Below are positions 11,064 to 23,565 of a stretch of 64,000 nucleotides of DNA, one piece after another. Position numbers and translations under genes: made by a program. Where the stretch lies: NCBI GenBank assembly GCA_973895155.1, contig OZ316893.1:6782963-6846962 (forward strand). The letters run 5' to 3'. The notes under the pieces were generated by a model, which saw only the letters and a list, made by a program, of their open reading frames with translations, was not told where the DNA came from and ran no database searches. Source of the DNA: Marsupella aquatica (taxonomy: Eukaryota > Plantae > Marchantiophyta). Every line of letters begins with the position of its first letter. Positions within the stretch are counted from its first letter, which is position 1.

Positions 11064-12093
11064 ATTCCAGTGGATTGTGGACAGAGAAGCGCATGTGTGG
11101 GGACTACAGGCCACTAAACCTGGTCACACCCCATGACAGGTACCCCATGCCACGGCCAGAGGAGCTATTTGACAGCATTGGAGACTCAGACATCTTCACT
11201 CTTGTGGATCTAAGGCAAGGCTTTAACCAGATTTTGCTGCTTGCAAAGGACCGCAAAAAACAACTTTCCATGGTAGTAACCAACTATGGGAGTGGTTGGT
11301 GATGCCATTTGGCTTGAAGAATGCGCCCATATTCTTTCAAAGAGTCATGGACCAGGTTCTTCAAGGTGCTGAGTTTTTGAAATGCTACATTGATGATGTG
11401 TTGGTCCACAGCAAAGGATTTGACCAGCATCTACTTGACCTTGAGGAGCTATTCATGAGGCTTAAGAAGGTGAACCTAAAGATACACCCCAAGAAGTGTG
11501 AATTTTCTGTCAGATCAGTAGTATATCTTGGGCATCGCATTCTTCCAAATGGAACCATGGCTCACTGGGCCAAGGTGGCATCCATCTTGGAAATGCCCAC
11601 TCCTACCAATGTTCACACTTTGAGGAGTTTTATTGGGTTGTGCAATTACTACCGGATCTACATTCAGTACCATTGCACACCCATTGTATGCTTTGTTGAA
11701 AAAGAATGTGACTTGGACATGGAGTACAGATGCTGAGGCATCATTTGCCACTTTGAAGGAGAAGCTCTCAGAATACCCAGTGCTGAGAAGACCTGATTTC
11801 AGCAAGGTCTTTGTGTTACACACAGATTGGAGTGCCCTTGGGATTGGTGCCATTCTGGGCCAGCATGATGAGGAAGGTAAAGAGTACGTCATTGCCTATG
11901 CATCCAGGAGCAACAATCAGGCAGAGAGTCATTATTCTTCTTATGAGGGTGAATGCCTTGCTGTTGTGTGGGCTGTCATACATTACAGGCCCTACCTCTA
12001 TGGGACCAGGTTTGTTCTCTACACCGACCACCAGCCCTTGAAGTGGTTGATGACCAACGACAAGCTTACTGGCAAGCTTGCTCGTTGGGCGCT
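11064..12093 (+). pseudogene. pol: RT/RNase H part of PHD-Gypsy pol (frameshifted)
   Basis: Motifs are spread over three frames (ORFs 10961, 11296, 11633); ends KLARWAL at the solo-LTR insertion. Confidence 0.9.
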
Positions 12094-15000
12094 TGTGATG
12101 CCTAGCCAGGAATCACTCGGCCATGAAGTGGGTAAAGCAGGAGTGCACCCTAGAAACACCTTAGTATAGGGACAAAACAAGGAAAATATAAACAATTAAG
12201 GGCGACTATGGAACCCGGGCCGAGGCCGGAGGTAAGGACGCTGGGGGTGAAAACTCGATTAGGGTTAGGGCGCGTTAAGCGTCGGCGGCTAGGAAGGATC
12301 AATGGGAGGAAAGACCGGAAGAGGAGAGGGGTAAGGAGCGCTTGCAGGAGATGGTGGCTCATTTGTGAGCACGAACTAGGCAGATGACTACGGGAGGCCA
12401 ACTACTAACAGCTGCTTAGGCAAGCACTCGGGGAGAGAGTAGATACCGACGATCGACCTAAGGAGGGTATGAGCAACGTCAATCAAGCAGCACATTTCTG
12501 GGGATGCCTGTTCGAACGGGAAACTGAGTACATCAAGACTTACGAGGACAAGGAATCAGAAAGGGCAGCTCGAGAATGGCAGGAGCTTGCTCGATTGTGG
12601 GAGCTGCAGAAGACGGCTTTCTTAGGAGGCGAACTCATCAAGGACGAGTTCTTGTGGACTCCTACTTCCAATCAGCTCGACGATCTTCTGTTTTGCAAAG
12701 ACAGCGTCGTCGGCATACGAGAGGCCATCAAGAACTGCAACGACATACACTGGGAATTGAAGGGTAGCACGGAAAGGTGGACCCAGGCAACGGTGCTAGG
12801 AGAAACCTCCACGGCAGCAGAGATGAAGAGGAAGGGAGCCGTCAACGATGAAGCCACCCCGGCAAAAAGAACGAGGTCGGCGGCACCAAAGAAGCCAGCC
12901 GAGCAGCAAAGCAGGAGGCAGGGAGAAGCCGAAGAGGAGGAGGTTGATCCCATCAAGGCCATTCCAACCAGGGATGACACCTGGAAGGGCTGGGCGGCAA
13001 CCCTACCGGTGGAGGTGCAACTACATTTTGCACGGGAGGAGGATGCATGCTTTACGGCCATGCAGACCAAGAAGTACCAAGGCTTCATGGCCGGATCCGG
13101 CTTAGAGGCCTTTGTAAGATTACTATGGATGAAGCCGGAGGTACCGGAGTCAGACCTATTAGAATTCGTGGGGTCATGGGAACCCGAGACCAATTGCACG
13201 AGGGTATATGGGAAGGATTTCTATCTTACTCCCAAGGTGATTGCCGAAGTGTTTGGCTTGCCGATAGGCAATAAGACCAAAGTTGATACCAGGAAGACCT
13301 TGCCTGACAAGGAGTTCCGGTCGTTCCCCGGGCCATCAACGAAGAATGGCTTCTTCCGGAACACCTGCACCAACCCGCACATAGGAGAGATGATCGACTT
13401 CTTGCGGGTGACCATGCATTGTAACTTGCCGAGGCCAGAGATCGGCAAGGCACAGGTCTATCTGGCAGAGAGGCCACACCCAAGCCGGGACTACAACGGG
13501 TACCTCCTCAACCAATTGAAGAAAATCTTAAAGGAGGAGCAGCAGGTAATCGGCATGGGGAGCGTGTCGCGGCTTGGCTATCACATGCCGCTGTTGTGCC
13601 GGTATGCCAGAGGTCAGACTTTTGCCCCAGTACTTCCCCTGCAGGTAAGGGCACCCGAGGAAGCTCCAGCACCGAGGCCGGTAGCAGAGAAGCCTCAACC
13701 ACCTATTAGCCCTATGATCGAGCAGGTGTTTAGGCCCAGGAAGGAGGACTTGCCGATGCAGCAACCAGGCATGCAGAGTCTGCTGAAACTACTGGCGAAA
13801 GAAAAGAGATCAGCATCGGCAACAACAACGGCAACGGCAACAATGCAGGACACTACTCCAGAGGTAGGCCTACACCGGCTCACAAGAGAAAACCCCTTTG
13901 CTAGAGACAAGGAGAGAATCAGGCCGGAATCCAAGCCAGGTGTTTGAATGTATGTGGGAGTGTCAAGCTCTGAATCTGAGGCTGAATTGCCTGAAGCTCT
14001 TACGGACGAAGAGGAGAGGGAGAAGCCGGAAGTCCAAGAAGTAGAGGAGGCAGTGGAGGACTGCAGCCATGATAACTCCGGCTATGGGTCGGACCATCAC
14101 GTTCCAGGAGTAAGGACCTGTGGCCGGTTTGTCCCCACACTTTCAAGGGTAGTACGAGGGGACCCCAACCAGCAGAGTAGCCCTGAGTCTCCCCCACCAG
14201 ATGTTGCTCCCCCGAGCTTTGACGGCATAAAACAGACGGCGCAGGAATTTCAGGAGCGAATCAGGCAGGAAGAGGAGGCAGCCCTGGCTAGAGAAAAGGA
14301 TTTGCCAGGAGGAGATTGGCCGGAGGACATCAGGCGGCTAGCCGAAAAAGGAAGCAAACCTCTAGCCACGATTGAAGAGATCCGCAAGACGGCTTGGGAG
14401 CAGAGGCCGCGATGGGCGATGCCGATCACTTCTACTTACTCCACCTACGCTAAGAATAGAGCCATGGAGTATGGTGAGATGTGTGGGGAACTTGCGCTCG
14501 GCATCTTTGGAGAGGAGTTGGAGGTAGGACCCTTTTTCCATAGGGAGCAGTTGGAGAAGCACCAGTTAGAAGAAGCGGTGGCTTTAGAGAGAAGCAAGAA
14601 GGACGAGGTCATTCGGCGGCTTAGGAGGATGGAAGCCAAGATTTAAGATCTAAGGGCGGCCAAGAAAGCCCAAGACAAACTGTGGATTAAACGGCATGAG
14701 CTGAACATCATGCAGGGACAGTTGGACACCGCACAGGCTGATAATCAGAATATCAAGGATAAACTGACTCAGACGCAGGGAGAGTTGGCCGATACGATCA
14801 AAGAGAGGGAGAAGTGGAAGCGAGAGCTGAGGAATGCAGAGGAGGCCCACATAACAGCCAATAGTCGGGCCATGGCGGAGACCCAAAGAAAGGGATGGGC
14901 GTTAAAGGGGGAGCTCGAGAAAATCCGCGGAGCCCTTGAGCAGAAGGAGGCCGAGTTAGGAAAATCCTATCAAGGGATTATGGCGCTACAGCAGGAGCTT

Positions 15001-16737
15001 GCGTCCCTGACGGCCAGCTTCAAGGCCGACCTAAGGGAGAAGGACGAGATGCTCGATCAGACTTACGCCAAGATGAATCAGATGGAGTTTGTCATCATTG
15101 CAGAGCTCGACAAAGAGCTCAGGGCCTCCCGGGAGGAGAGGGCTACCTTGAAGAAAGAACGGGAGGAAGCCCAGAAGGAACTAGAGGAGGCGCGCAAGGA
15201 CCTGGATGAGACCCAGGAGGAGTTGGAGGAAATCACGAGGAAGATGGAGAACCTCCAGCGGCGGGCCGATAACCAAACAGAGCGGCTGAAGAAACAAGCC
15301 GCAGTATTTAAGTGCTTGTCTTCATCAGGCCCAACTCCAATTGGGGCAACCAAGTTACCAGGAGTGGTACTGGCCGAAGAAAAAGCCGTGCCACCTGCAC
15401 CAGTGCCGGAAGTAAGTGGGAAGGGGAAGGGACCAGCTGCCGAACCAGAAAAGAAGAAGAAGCGGAAACCTTCAGGGTCAAGGAGTAATCCGACTCCACT
15501 GGCCGTGGTGACCAAGGAGGTAGACCCAACACCAACCTCTGGCATGAACACGGGTGGGGAGGGTGCGGCCCAAGCCGAACTACTCAATCATGAGGCCCGT
15601 ATTCCAGATCCGCCTCTTGAGCAAGCCGGGGAAACCGTAGCCGAAGCTGAGGCCGTAGCCGAGAATGATTCCCGAGCCGACGCCGACGCCGATGGTGGAC
15701 CTAGTCAGGCCGATGGAGAGTTGACTCAGTCAAGGGCAGGTAATCTGTCAGAAAACGAACCTACGGCAGTGGCTGAGGAGGAAGCGTTGGGGGCGTCCAT
15801 TGAGGATCCACCACCGGTGTCGTGACGGTGCAAGGGCGCCGTTCCTTTTAGGAAGGGCGGACGTGGAGGGAGGAGGCGTGAGTGGGCAGGGTGGGCGCTG
15901 ATCTCCAAGTTTAGGATTAGGATCAGGACCAGGAGCGGCCCTGACACATAGCTTAGTGGGATTGCGGTTCCACTGGTAGGAGCAACACTTGTGCTCCTGC
16001 CTTGCTGTACATAGGTAGATCCGGGCAAGTAGATTACTGTTAGGTAGATTAGGCTTACGCTGCAAAGATTAGGCGGATCCACTACCAGGATAAGTACCTG
16101 GGCAGCGGGGAGCTCAGGGCCTCTTCTTAGCAAGTTTTTAGTTTGCACCAGCCGGGCTGGGATCAAGTAGTAAGAGAAGCTCTCGGTTAGTCATACAGTG
16201 ACCCTTGTGTATATTCATGTTTCCTCATGCCTAAGAGCTGAATAGAGTTGGCCTCACAGCTTAGTTCGCAGAGCTTGTGTATGAGATGTACTGTTTGTAT
16301 GGCAAGTGCATGGTATGACTCAGTCAGAATGAGTCATTTTGCTATTTGTGTATCGCATTAACTTGTGTGAAGAGTGCCCACATCTACTAGAAGGAAGGAA
16401 AGTAAGCAGGGGAGTGAGAGTTGGATGTGTCGAGCTGAGAGAGGTCTTAGCGGCTTAACCAAGCCTATTGGGGATCATTCCGGCGGCAGAATCCAAACAT
16501 ACCTAACAAGACGGAGGGGAAGACGAGGGAAGGCCTAGATTAGGCCGGCTACGTATCTCATGACCCGATGAAGGATCTGTCCAGTATATGTGTGTAAAAT
16601 GTTAATAGTAGTAGGAGAAAGTTAGCAGCGTCCCATGCCGCTAAGCCGCGGAAACGGCCTCGCCAAGCGCGAAACCTGCGGGAATCGGCTTGAGCTGGGG
16701 GGTTTCTTGGGTTTAGGGAGCCATGGGATGCACCACA
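12094..16737 (+). mobile_element. Solo LTR (4,644 bp) of the giant-LTR family
   Basis: TG…CA ends; perfect TSD GCGCT at 12089-12093 and 16738-16742; removing it restores ARWAL-ILQEYDF of the host pol. Confidence 0.96.
12469..15825 (+). pseudogene. LTR-encoded protein in solo LTR, 2 premature stops (13945-13947, 14644-14646)
   Basis: ORFs 12469, 13948 and 14710 are co-frame and homologous to 6810-10151. Confidence 0.85.
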
Positions 16738-18414
16738 GCGCTCATACTCCAGGAGTATGATTTTGAGGTAATTCATAGGCCTGGTGTGACACATCAAAAT
16801 GCTGACACTATGTCCCGCAGCCCTTTGATTGCCTCTGATGATTCCTCAGATGCACGACAAGATTTTGACCAGGTTTCCATCCTGCCTACATTTCATGCAT
16901 CTACCTATCTTGCTTTGCTGCCATGCTATATTGTTGACCAACCTATGGTGGACATATGGGAGGACAACGACACTCTGAGATTTTTGCAGCATGGGGAGTA
17001 CCCCATACATGTTACTGCTGCCCAGAGAAACCGAATTCAGCAAAGGTCCAAGCGTTACTTGTGGAAGGGAGATCATCTCGTGCGCTACTTGCCAGACAGT
17101 GAAGTGGTGGTTCCACCCATTCATGAGAGGGTTGGCCTTATCCGTAAGGTACATTCTGAGCTTGGTCATTTTGGCGTTAAGAGGACTTACAGCCTCTTCG
17201 TCCCTCATTATCATTGGAGAGGCCTGCATGGCCAGGTTTGAGATGTTATTTCCCGGTGTGAACAGTGTGATAGGGTGAGGACTTCTTTCACATCTCGGCA
17301 ACCCACACTTCATCCACTCCCTATTCAGGGCATGTTTTATCGCTGGTCATGTGATTTGGCTGGAGAATTACCCCTCACGTCTCGGGGTAATCTCTACATC
17401 ATGATCATGATAGAGCATTTCTCCAAGTGGATAGAACTTGTGGCATTGCCGGATAAGACCTCCCGTAGCACCAGCCAAGCATTCCTGCAACAAGTTCTCA
17501 GCCGTTGTGGAGCTTGTGCAGAATGTCTCACTGACCAGGGCTCAGAGTTTAGAGGAGAGTTCCAGGAGCTGCTTGATCAGGCCCTCATTGATCATCGCCG
17601 GACATCACGAGATCACCCACAGGCAGATGGCTTGGCAGAGCGCATGGTTCAGACATGCAAGAAGGGCCTCCGGAAGATCGGCCTCCGGAAGATCTGCCTC
17701 ACCAAAAACAAGGAGGATTGGGACCTGGCCTTACCCTACATTGCCATGGGGTATAGGATGTCAAGACATGCATCACTGTCTAACTTTTCTCCCTACTTCT
17801 TGTTGTTTGGTCGTCACCCAGTTCCACCTTCTGCTATTGCTGCTCACATGCTTCAGGTGGTGGACTTGGATTCAACTGTGACTTGGTCTGATGTGATCTC
17901 TGAGAGGGCTGCCCTATTTAGGAGGGTTATGCCCATGGCCATGGAGAATTTGGCCATTGCACAGCACAGGGACACACTGCGTTATGCACACACACGAGGG
18001 GGCACTTTTCAGCCCAAGGTCAGGAAGTTTGATGTGGGAGATTTTGTGTACTTGCAGCGGCAAGCTAACGACACCCTGGACACCTCTACCTGTCGTACTA
18101 TTCTCAGGGTTAAAGCTATTTGACCGTCTGGGGTGCTAGAGTTACAAGGGGCAGATGGGCGCACAATTGCTGACAATGCCAAGAATTGCGCCCCTTGTCA
18201 TCTGCCTAACCTAGATCCCACCATTGTGACTTCTACTTGGATTCCACCTGTGGACTACCCTTGCAAGGTGTGTTTGCGAATTGATGATGCTGACCAGATG
18301 CTGCTGTGTGACAATTGCAATGGAGGGTACCATCTTTTCTGCCTTCGGCCTGAACTTACCCAGGTGCCAGAAGGGTTATGGTTTTGCCCTTCTTGTGCTC
18401 CACGTGCTACCTGA
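16738..18414 (+). pseudogene. pol: RNase H end, integrase and C-terminal PHD finger of PHD-Gypsy pol (stops at 17241, 18123)
   Basis: Co-frame ORFs 16723, 17275 and 18133 are separated by single TGA codons (likely ex-CGA); C4-H-C3 pattern CKVC…LLCDNCNGGYHLFCL…WFCPSC. Confidence 0.9.
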
Positions 18415-18453
18415 ATTTTCTTCAACCCTCCTTTTGGCTGTGGTCTGGGGGGG

Positions 18454-19301
18454 ATACAGAGGTTTACACCTCCACTACGTACATACCACTTCATTTGCTT
18501 TTTCTTGGCACTTGTGAATGTGATTGGACTTTTTCTATGCATGTTGGTTGCTAGCAGCTTGCACATATGCCTTGCCGGTGACTTGTATGTTTTCGATACA
18601 CTATGGCTATCCCTGGGCCCCCAGCCTTTGTAAACTAAAGAGGTATACGTGCGTACACCCCCCTCCTTAGTACCCCTTATTATTTTTGGAAGCCTATAAA
18701 AATTTCTCTTGTTATTCTTAAAAACTTAATTTTGGAGAATAAATCTGCCCCTTTGAGATATTATAATTTCACATTTTACACCATTTATGAAAGCCTTGAA
18801 AAGTTATAAATTCATCATTTGCACACGGTTCTAAAACTGACGGGAGTGTTTTGGAAGGGTTTTGGGTACATACATTTTTGTGTTCGTGACCCTTTAACCC
18901 CAAACTTCAACTTTGGGGCATTTTTGAACCACACGGCAGGGTAGTCAGGGTTCAAAAGCTCCAAAGTCCTAAACTACTCTGAATCATAGATATTGCAAGC
19001 ATAATTATATGTCATATACACATGTTCCAATAAAGGGTGGCCACAAGGACCAATCCTATTGTGACGCGTGTCACATCCATATTACATCACCTCTTGAAGC
19101 ATATTAACTTGGGCAACATTTATATAAGCCTATATTAGTTAGAAAGGGTTCTTTGAATAAAACCATCCCTTGATATTTCTAAGCCAATTATAAAAATTAA
19201 TCTCAAATCAGATTTTTTGCACCCTTCATCCGTTCGCACGTCCAACCCATTATTAATAATGTTGGGGGCCAGGGATGGCTACGATACTATATGTCACGAC
19301 A
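18454..19301 (+). repeat. 5'-truncated LTR of PHD-Gypsy element, containing a MITE
   Basis: 18457-18609 plus 19276-19301 match ~19669-19840; ends ATGTCACGACA. Confidence 0.75.
18610..19275. mobile_element. Non-autonomous TIR element (MITE), ~665 bp
   Basis: TIRs TCCCTGGGCCCCCAGC / GTTGGGGGCCAGGGA; duplicated target TGGCTA (or imperfect 8-bp ATGGCTAT/ATGGCTAC); empty site visible at ~19811-19825. Confidence 0.85.
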
Positions 19302-19303
19302 GT

Positions 19304-19840
19304 TGTCACGCCGAGGGACAATGCCTCTTATGCACATCGGCATGTCCCTCGCCTGCCCGCTAGGTATGTAGTTAGGGCTAGTGTACTACCTGAGTTAGCG
19401 ACATGTTCTTGTAGCAAGTCTGGGCCGTTCTTGAAGCAAATGTGCTTGTTAGTGTGACGCCAGGACTTTGCTTGCTTAGGGCATGTCTTTCTTTGTGGGT
19501 TTTCAGTTCTTCTTGAATCGCTATGAGACAGAGTTTTTCAGAGGCTGCTCGTCGGTTCCGTACACGGAATTCACACAGTGATTCGTTAGATGCTCCCGGC
19601 CGATCTTGGCATCTCGCCGGTTTTCGATTCGATTTCAGTACATTTGTTTCTATCACGCCTTTTTATATAGAGGTTTACACCTCCACTACGTACATACCAC
19701 TTCATTTGCTTTTTCTTGGCACTTGTGAATGTGATTGGACTTTTTCTATGCATGTTGGTTGCTAGCAGCTTGCACATATGCCTTGCCGGTGACTTGTATG
19801 TTTTCGATACACTATGGCTACGATACTATATGTCACGACA
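19304..19840 (+). repeat. Complete LTR (~537 bp) of PHD-Gypsy element
   Basis: TGTCACG…CACGACA termini; internal TATA-like TTTATATAG at ~19662. Confidence 0.7.
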
Positions 19841-20659
19841 CACCGTAATAGTAAGAGAAATTCAGTACATGTGTTAACTTACTATGGTTGGTGCAAGGCT
19901 TGTTCAAAAATGGGAAAGAGCAAGCCAGGCGAGGGTAAGCTCGACCCGGGTAAGGCGGAGCCAATAGCGCCTCGCCACATGTCAGTCCACCAATGAGAAA
20001 TCACCTGAGTTAACTAAAACAGTTAGTGTAACCTATATATACATTATGGGGGGCAATGTAGCAATTAAAATAATTTTGGGGGTAGGTTAGTAATTTAGCT
20101 CAGTTTGGGGGACAGGATAGTAAAAAGCTGTTTTTTTTTAATTGAGAGGGGAAAACCCTGCCTGAGAATTCTCCCCTTTGGTAAAAGTTTTTCCTTACTT
20201 GCAGACATTTAAGTGGGAGAGAGAAAAATATTGTGGTTGCACATCAGGTTACTGTTTGTTGTTGGGCCTTCAACTTTGGCCAATGAGAACGAATAAGTGT
20301 GTGTGATCCCAAAGTAGGATCAAAAGCATCAGGAGACAAGGCCATGTTATGAGATTAAATTGTTGGCTGCATTGGCACTAAAAATTTGTGAAATTCTAGA
20401 AAGACAAATTCTCCATTTTTGAGTATTAAGTAAATTGCCACAAATTCAGTCTAATAATGACAATTTAACTCTGCAACAGAGAAAAAAGGTGGATAATATT
20501 TATTTGAAAAGGAGGGCAGTTATTGTAACCCCGATTGTAATCCAACACATCTTTAGTGGTGATTTGTTTCCTACAATTTATAAAGTTCAAGGCCAAGGAA
20601 TATGTTGTGAGGGTAAGTGAGGGGATAGTGTGATCTAGGGTAGGGTGCTCATGCAATTT

Positions 20660-21021
20660 GTGTTACCAGAGCAAAGATGTGGCTCACAATCGCATGCACA
20701 TGACCATCCAACAAACAAGTAGTCAACATACAGAGGTACTTGGTCACCTCCAATAAGGTATGTCCACAAAAACAAACATTCAAGTGCTTTATTGCATTCT
20801 AGGCCCATGAGCCATACCAACTCTCTGCAGCTCATTCAACCTCTCCCTCGCTTGAGCCCTATCTCTCAAGTGGTTCCGTAACAATGAGCCTGAGTTCCTT
20901 CTCTACAAGCAAAGCGGCTTGGGTTGTAGTAGCAGCCCCGCTAACCTATCCAGTTTGTGACTACAGTTTCGTCTAACTACCAGTATAGTCGTAACTCTAG
21001 ACCTAAGAGTAAGTGCCTACT
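20660..21021 (-). repeat. Degenerate Copia-type LTR relic (boundaries approximate)
   Basis: Shares motifs with 21957-22309 (CCATACCAA, CCGTAACAATGAGCCT, TAACTCTAGACCTAAGAGTA). Confidence 0.6.
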
Positions 21022-21794
21022 TAAACTGGAGTTATACTAAGAAAACTGAGACAACAAAATAATTTTTATTAAAAAGGGGGGAGATAATTATGCTCTATGA
21101 TGAAAAGGGGGACATGAATGGGTCGAGGGAAGGAAAGTCTGGCACATGATGAAGAAGTTGGAGTGACTGAGTCCCACTAGGATGGGATTTGAACTGGGAG
21201 TTTGATATGAGGCAGAAATATCAAATGTGGAGCCAAAGAGCAAGTGATGTTCCTTGCAGATTAATAGTCATGAGAAGGATCTATCATGGGGAGAGTGAAG
21301 TAGGGAGTTAAGCAACTTGTTCTATAGCTACATGCTTCTAATACTTTCCTATCTTGACTTATTCAAAAACCACATCATATTTAAATCATTTAGGATAATG
21401 TATTGGTTCAATGAATTTGCATTTGTTGTAGATTTATAATGAACAAGGGGAGGCGTGAGAGTCTCAAATAGTGTGCACAACATGTAGCGGGCCAGAGGTG
21501 GGCCACAAGGAACTCACAAGTATTTATGAAATATATTTAATGTGAGGATCACTCCATGTATGATTATTTTGTAGTCCATTGGTGATAGTCTTCCATTGGA
21601 ACTGGAAGGTCGAAGGCTCAGAATCTGCCCTCACCGGTTGCTTTTTGCCAAGATGATAACGCTTGAAAATGGGCAAAATCAGGAAATAATTAACAACTCA
21701 ATTTATATTCTTAAATGTGAAAAAAATCCAAATATAAAGAATTTGTAACAAAAAATGAATCTTGCATACGCACTCCACCTGAAGAGCACCTCAA

Positions 21795-21886
21795 CCACGG
21801 CTGCTGGCACAGAGTTAGCCGATGCTTATTCCTCAGATACCGTCATTGCATCTTCTCCGAGAAAAGGAGTTTACGACCCGTGAGCC
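21795..21886 (-). other. Plastid 16S rRNA fragment (NUPT, ~90 bp)
   Basis: GGCTGCTGGCACAGAGTTAGCCGATGCTTATTCCTCAGATACCGTC is the reverse complement of the plastid/cyanobacterial-type 16S region at the 515F primer site. Confidence 0.85.
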
Positions 21887-21956
21887 CACACTTACGCTTC
21901 CTCTTAATAATTCAACCAACGGGGAGCCAAAACTGAAAAATGATTATGGACAGGTC

Positions 21957-22309
21957 TGTTGAGCAAATATGACATTTACAACGACATGCCCATAAACCTC
22001 CAATGAAGGCATAGCCGACACAGAGAGATCAGGAGAGAGATATGTGGTTCACCTTAGATGAGGCTACATTCAGGAACACACAAGAGCTTTATTGTGCTCC
22101 AGGCTCGTTGGCCATACCAAGTCTCCATAACACAAGTTCTCTTTTTCTCTCAACTGGCTCCGTAGCAATGAGCCTAAGTTCCTCCTAACAAGCAAACACC
22201 CGCTTGTGTATATAAAGAGCAACGCAACTAACCTAACCAAGTCCGCAACTAAGGTTAGCCTAACTACGGCTACAGTCATAACTCTAGACCTAAGAGTACA
22301 TGTCTAACA
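21957..22309 (-). mobile_element. Solo Copia LTR (353 bp)
   Basis: TGTT…AACA ends, TSD AGGTC/AGGTA (4/5), reverse-complement similarity to the LTR at 30467-30818. Confidence 0.8.
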
Positions 22310-23321
22310 AGGTAGGCAGAGGAAGAAATGAAAAGAAAATAGGGTAGCTTAGTTAAATTCATTGTAATAACAATGAAAACAACCCTGATAGGCTGAAATT
22401 AAAATCAAAATGATAACCAAAGAAAATAGGCTTGGGAGACTGAACCAGAGCTGTGCCATATAGTAGTGTAACAAAACCCATTTCAAGTAAAATAGTGTCA
22501 AAACAAATCAGTTAAAAAATGATGGCGTTGGACAACAATAATCTTTGGAATAAATTAGAGTCACCACCCCAACAAGTTCAGTGCATCAAACTTCTACAAG
22601 TTGAATGCATCCACTGCCAGCATCAAAAGTTATAACTTACCAAGAAGTGGCTTGGGGTTTAACTCCCACTAGCCCAAATACCCATGCTGGCGTATGCACG
22701 GGAGCGGCTCCTTAAACTCCCATACTCCTATTTGCTTGTGGGTATGGAACGGTTCCCTAAACTCCGTTCCATACTCACAAGCCTAGTCTAAAAAGCCTAG
22801 TCTAAATATCATTTCTGTTTCTGGAGATATTACAGCCTATGGCTTCACTTTACACACCAGGTCATGAACATCAAAGTAGGTCATGAACGGCAGACTTTCA
22901 TCGCAAATTATAGTATAGATGTGCAGTCCCTCAAACGAGTTGGGATAAGGATTTACCATCGATATCGACTTGTTTGGGCAACCCAATGAAGTGAGTTGCC
23001 TGAAGTCCCTGATTATTCACTTGCGGGACTATGTGACTTGAGTGAGCGAACAAGGATTATCTCAATCTGAATGTGTGCCTTCAATGAATGGTGTGTTTGA
23101 AAGAGCGCCTTTGGGACCTTGTCCATCTCAGTTGCTTTGTACTTGGCAGTGTGATATGTAGTGAAGTCAGCCAACTGTCTTACTGGATGCTGTGTTGGAG
23201 GGGAAGATGCCATGTGAGAAGATCATACGCTGGAGTGGAATCATAGTGAAACTGAACTGAACGGATGGATTAGAATTTGAATTAGTTCACTATGTTCATC
23301 ATAGTGAACTGAACTGAACTG

Positions 23322-23565
23322 CGATCACAGAATGCTCTTTGTATGGAAGTGAAGCTTATTTATTCTAATACACATGTCACCTAGTGTACTAAGAGTGCAG
23401 GTTTTCACAAATTCCATGCAAGTTCAGTGATCCTATCCTGAACTTAACGTAGATCACAATATGCTCTTTGTGTAAAAGTGAAGCTGTTTATTCTGTCTTC
23501 ATGTCATCTTACTGAAAAGTACAGGTTTCCATAAATTCCACGTAAGTTTAGTACTCCTATCCTAT
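23322..23565. repeat. Two diverged ~125-130-bp tandem units, preceded by a small hairpin at ~23284-23310
   Basis: GATCACA..ATGCTCTTTGT..AAGTGAAGCT….CAGGTTT..AAATTCCA..CTATCCT occurs twice. Confidence 0.6.

Larger units (their letters stand above)
11064..19840 (+). mobile_element. Second, degenerate Ty3/Gypsy element with integrase-PHD finger, interrupted by copy A, a solo LTR and a MITE
   Basis: RT (RMCGDYRPLN, MPFGLKNAP, YIDD), RNase H (TDWS, YSSYEGE), integrase (HSELGHFG, WSCDLAG, TDQG, ERMV), PHD finger, G-rich PPT at ~18443-18453 and TGTC…GACA LTR. Confidence 0.88.

Noticed and set aside
21595-21650. tRNA gene or tRNA-derived SINE
   Set aside because: Only a vague B-box-like stretch and T-run; no cloverleaf or TSD could be built.
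21795-21886. Functional rRNA gene or bacterial contamination
   Set aside because: Only ~90 bp, embedded in plant nuclear repeats.
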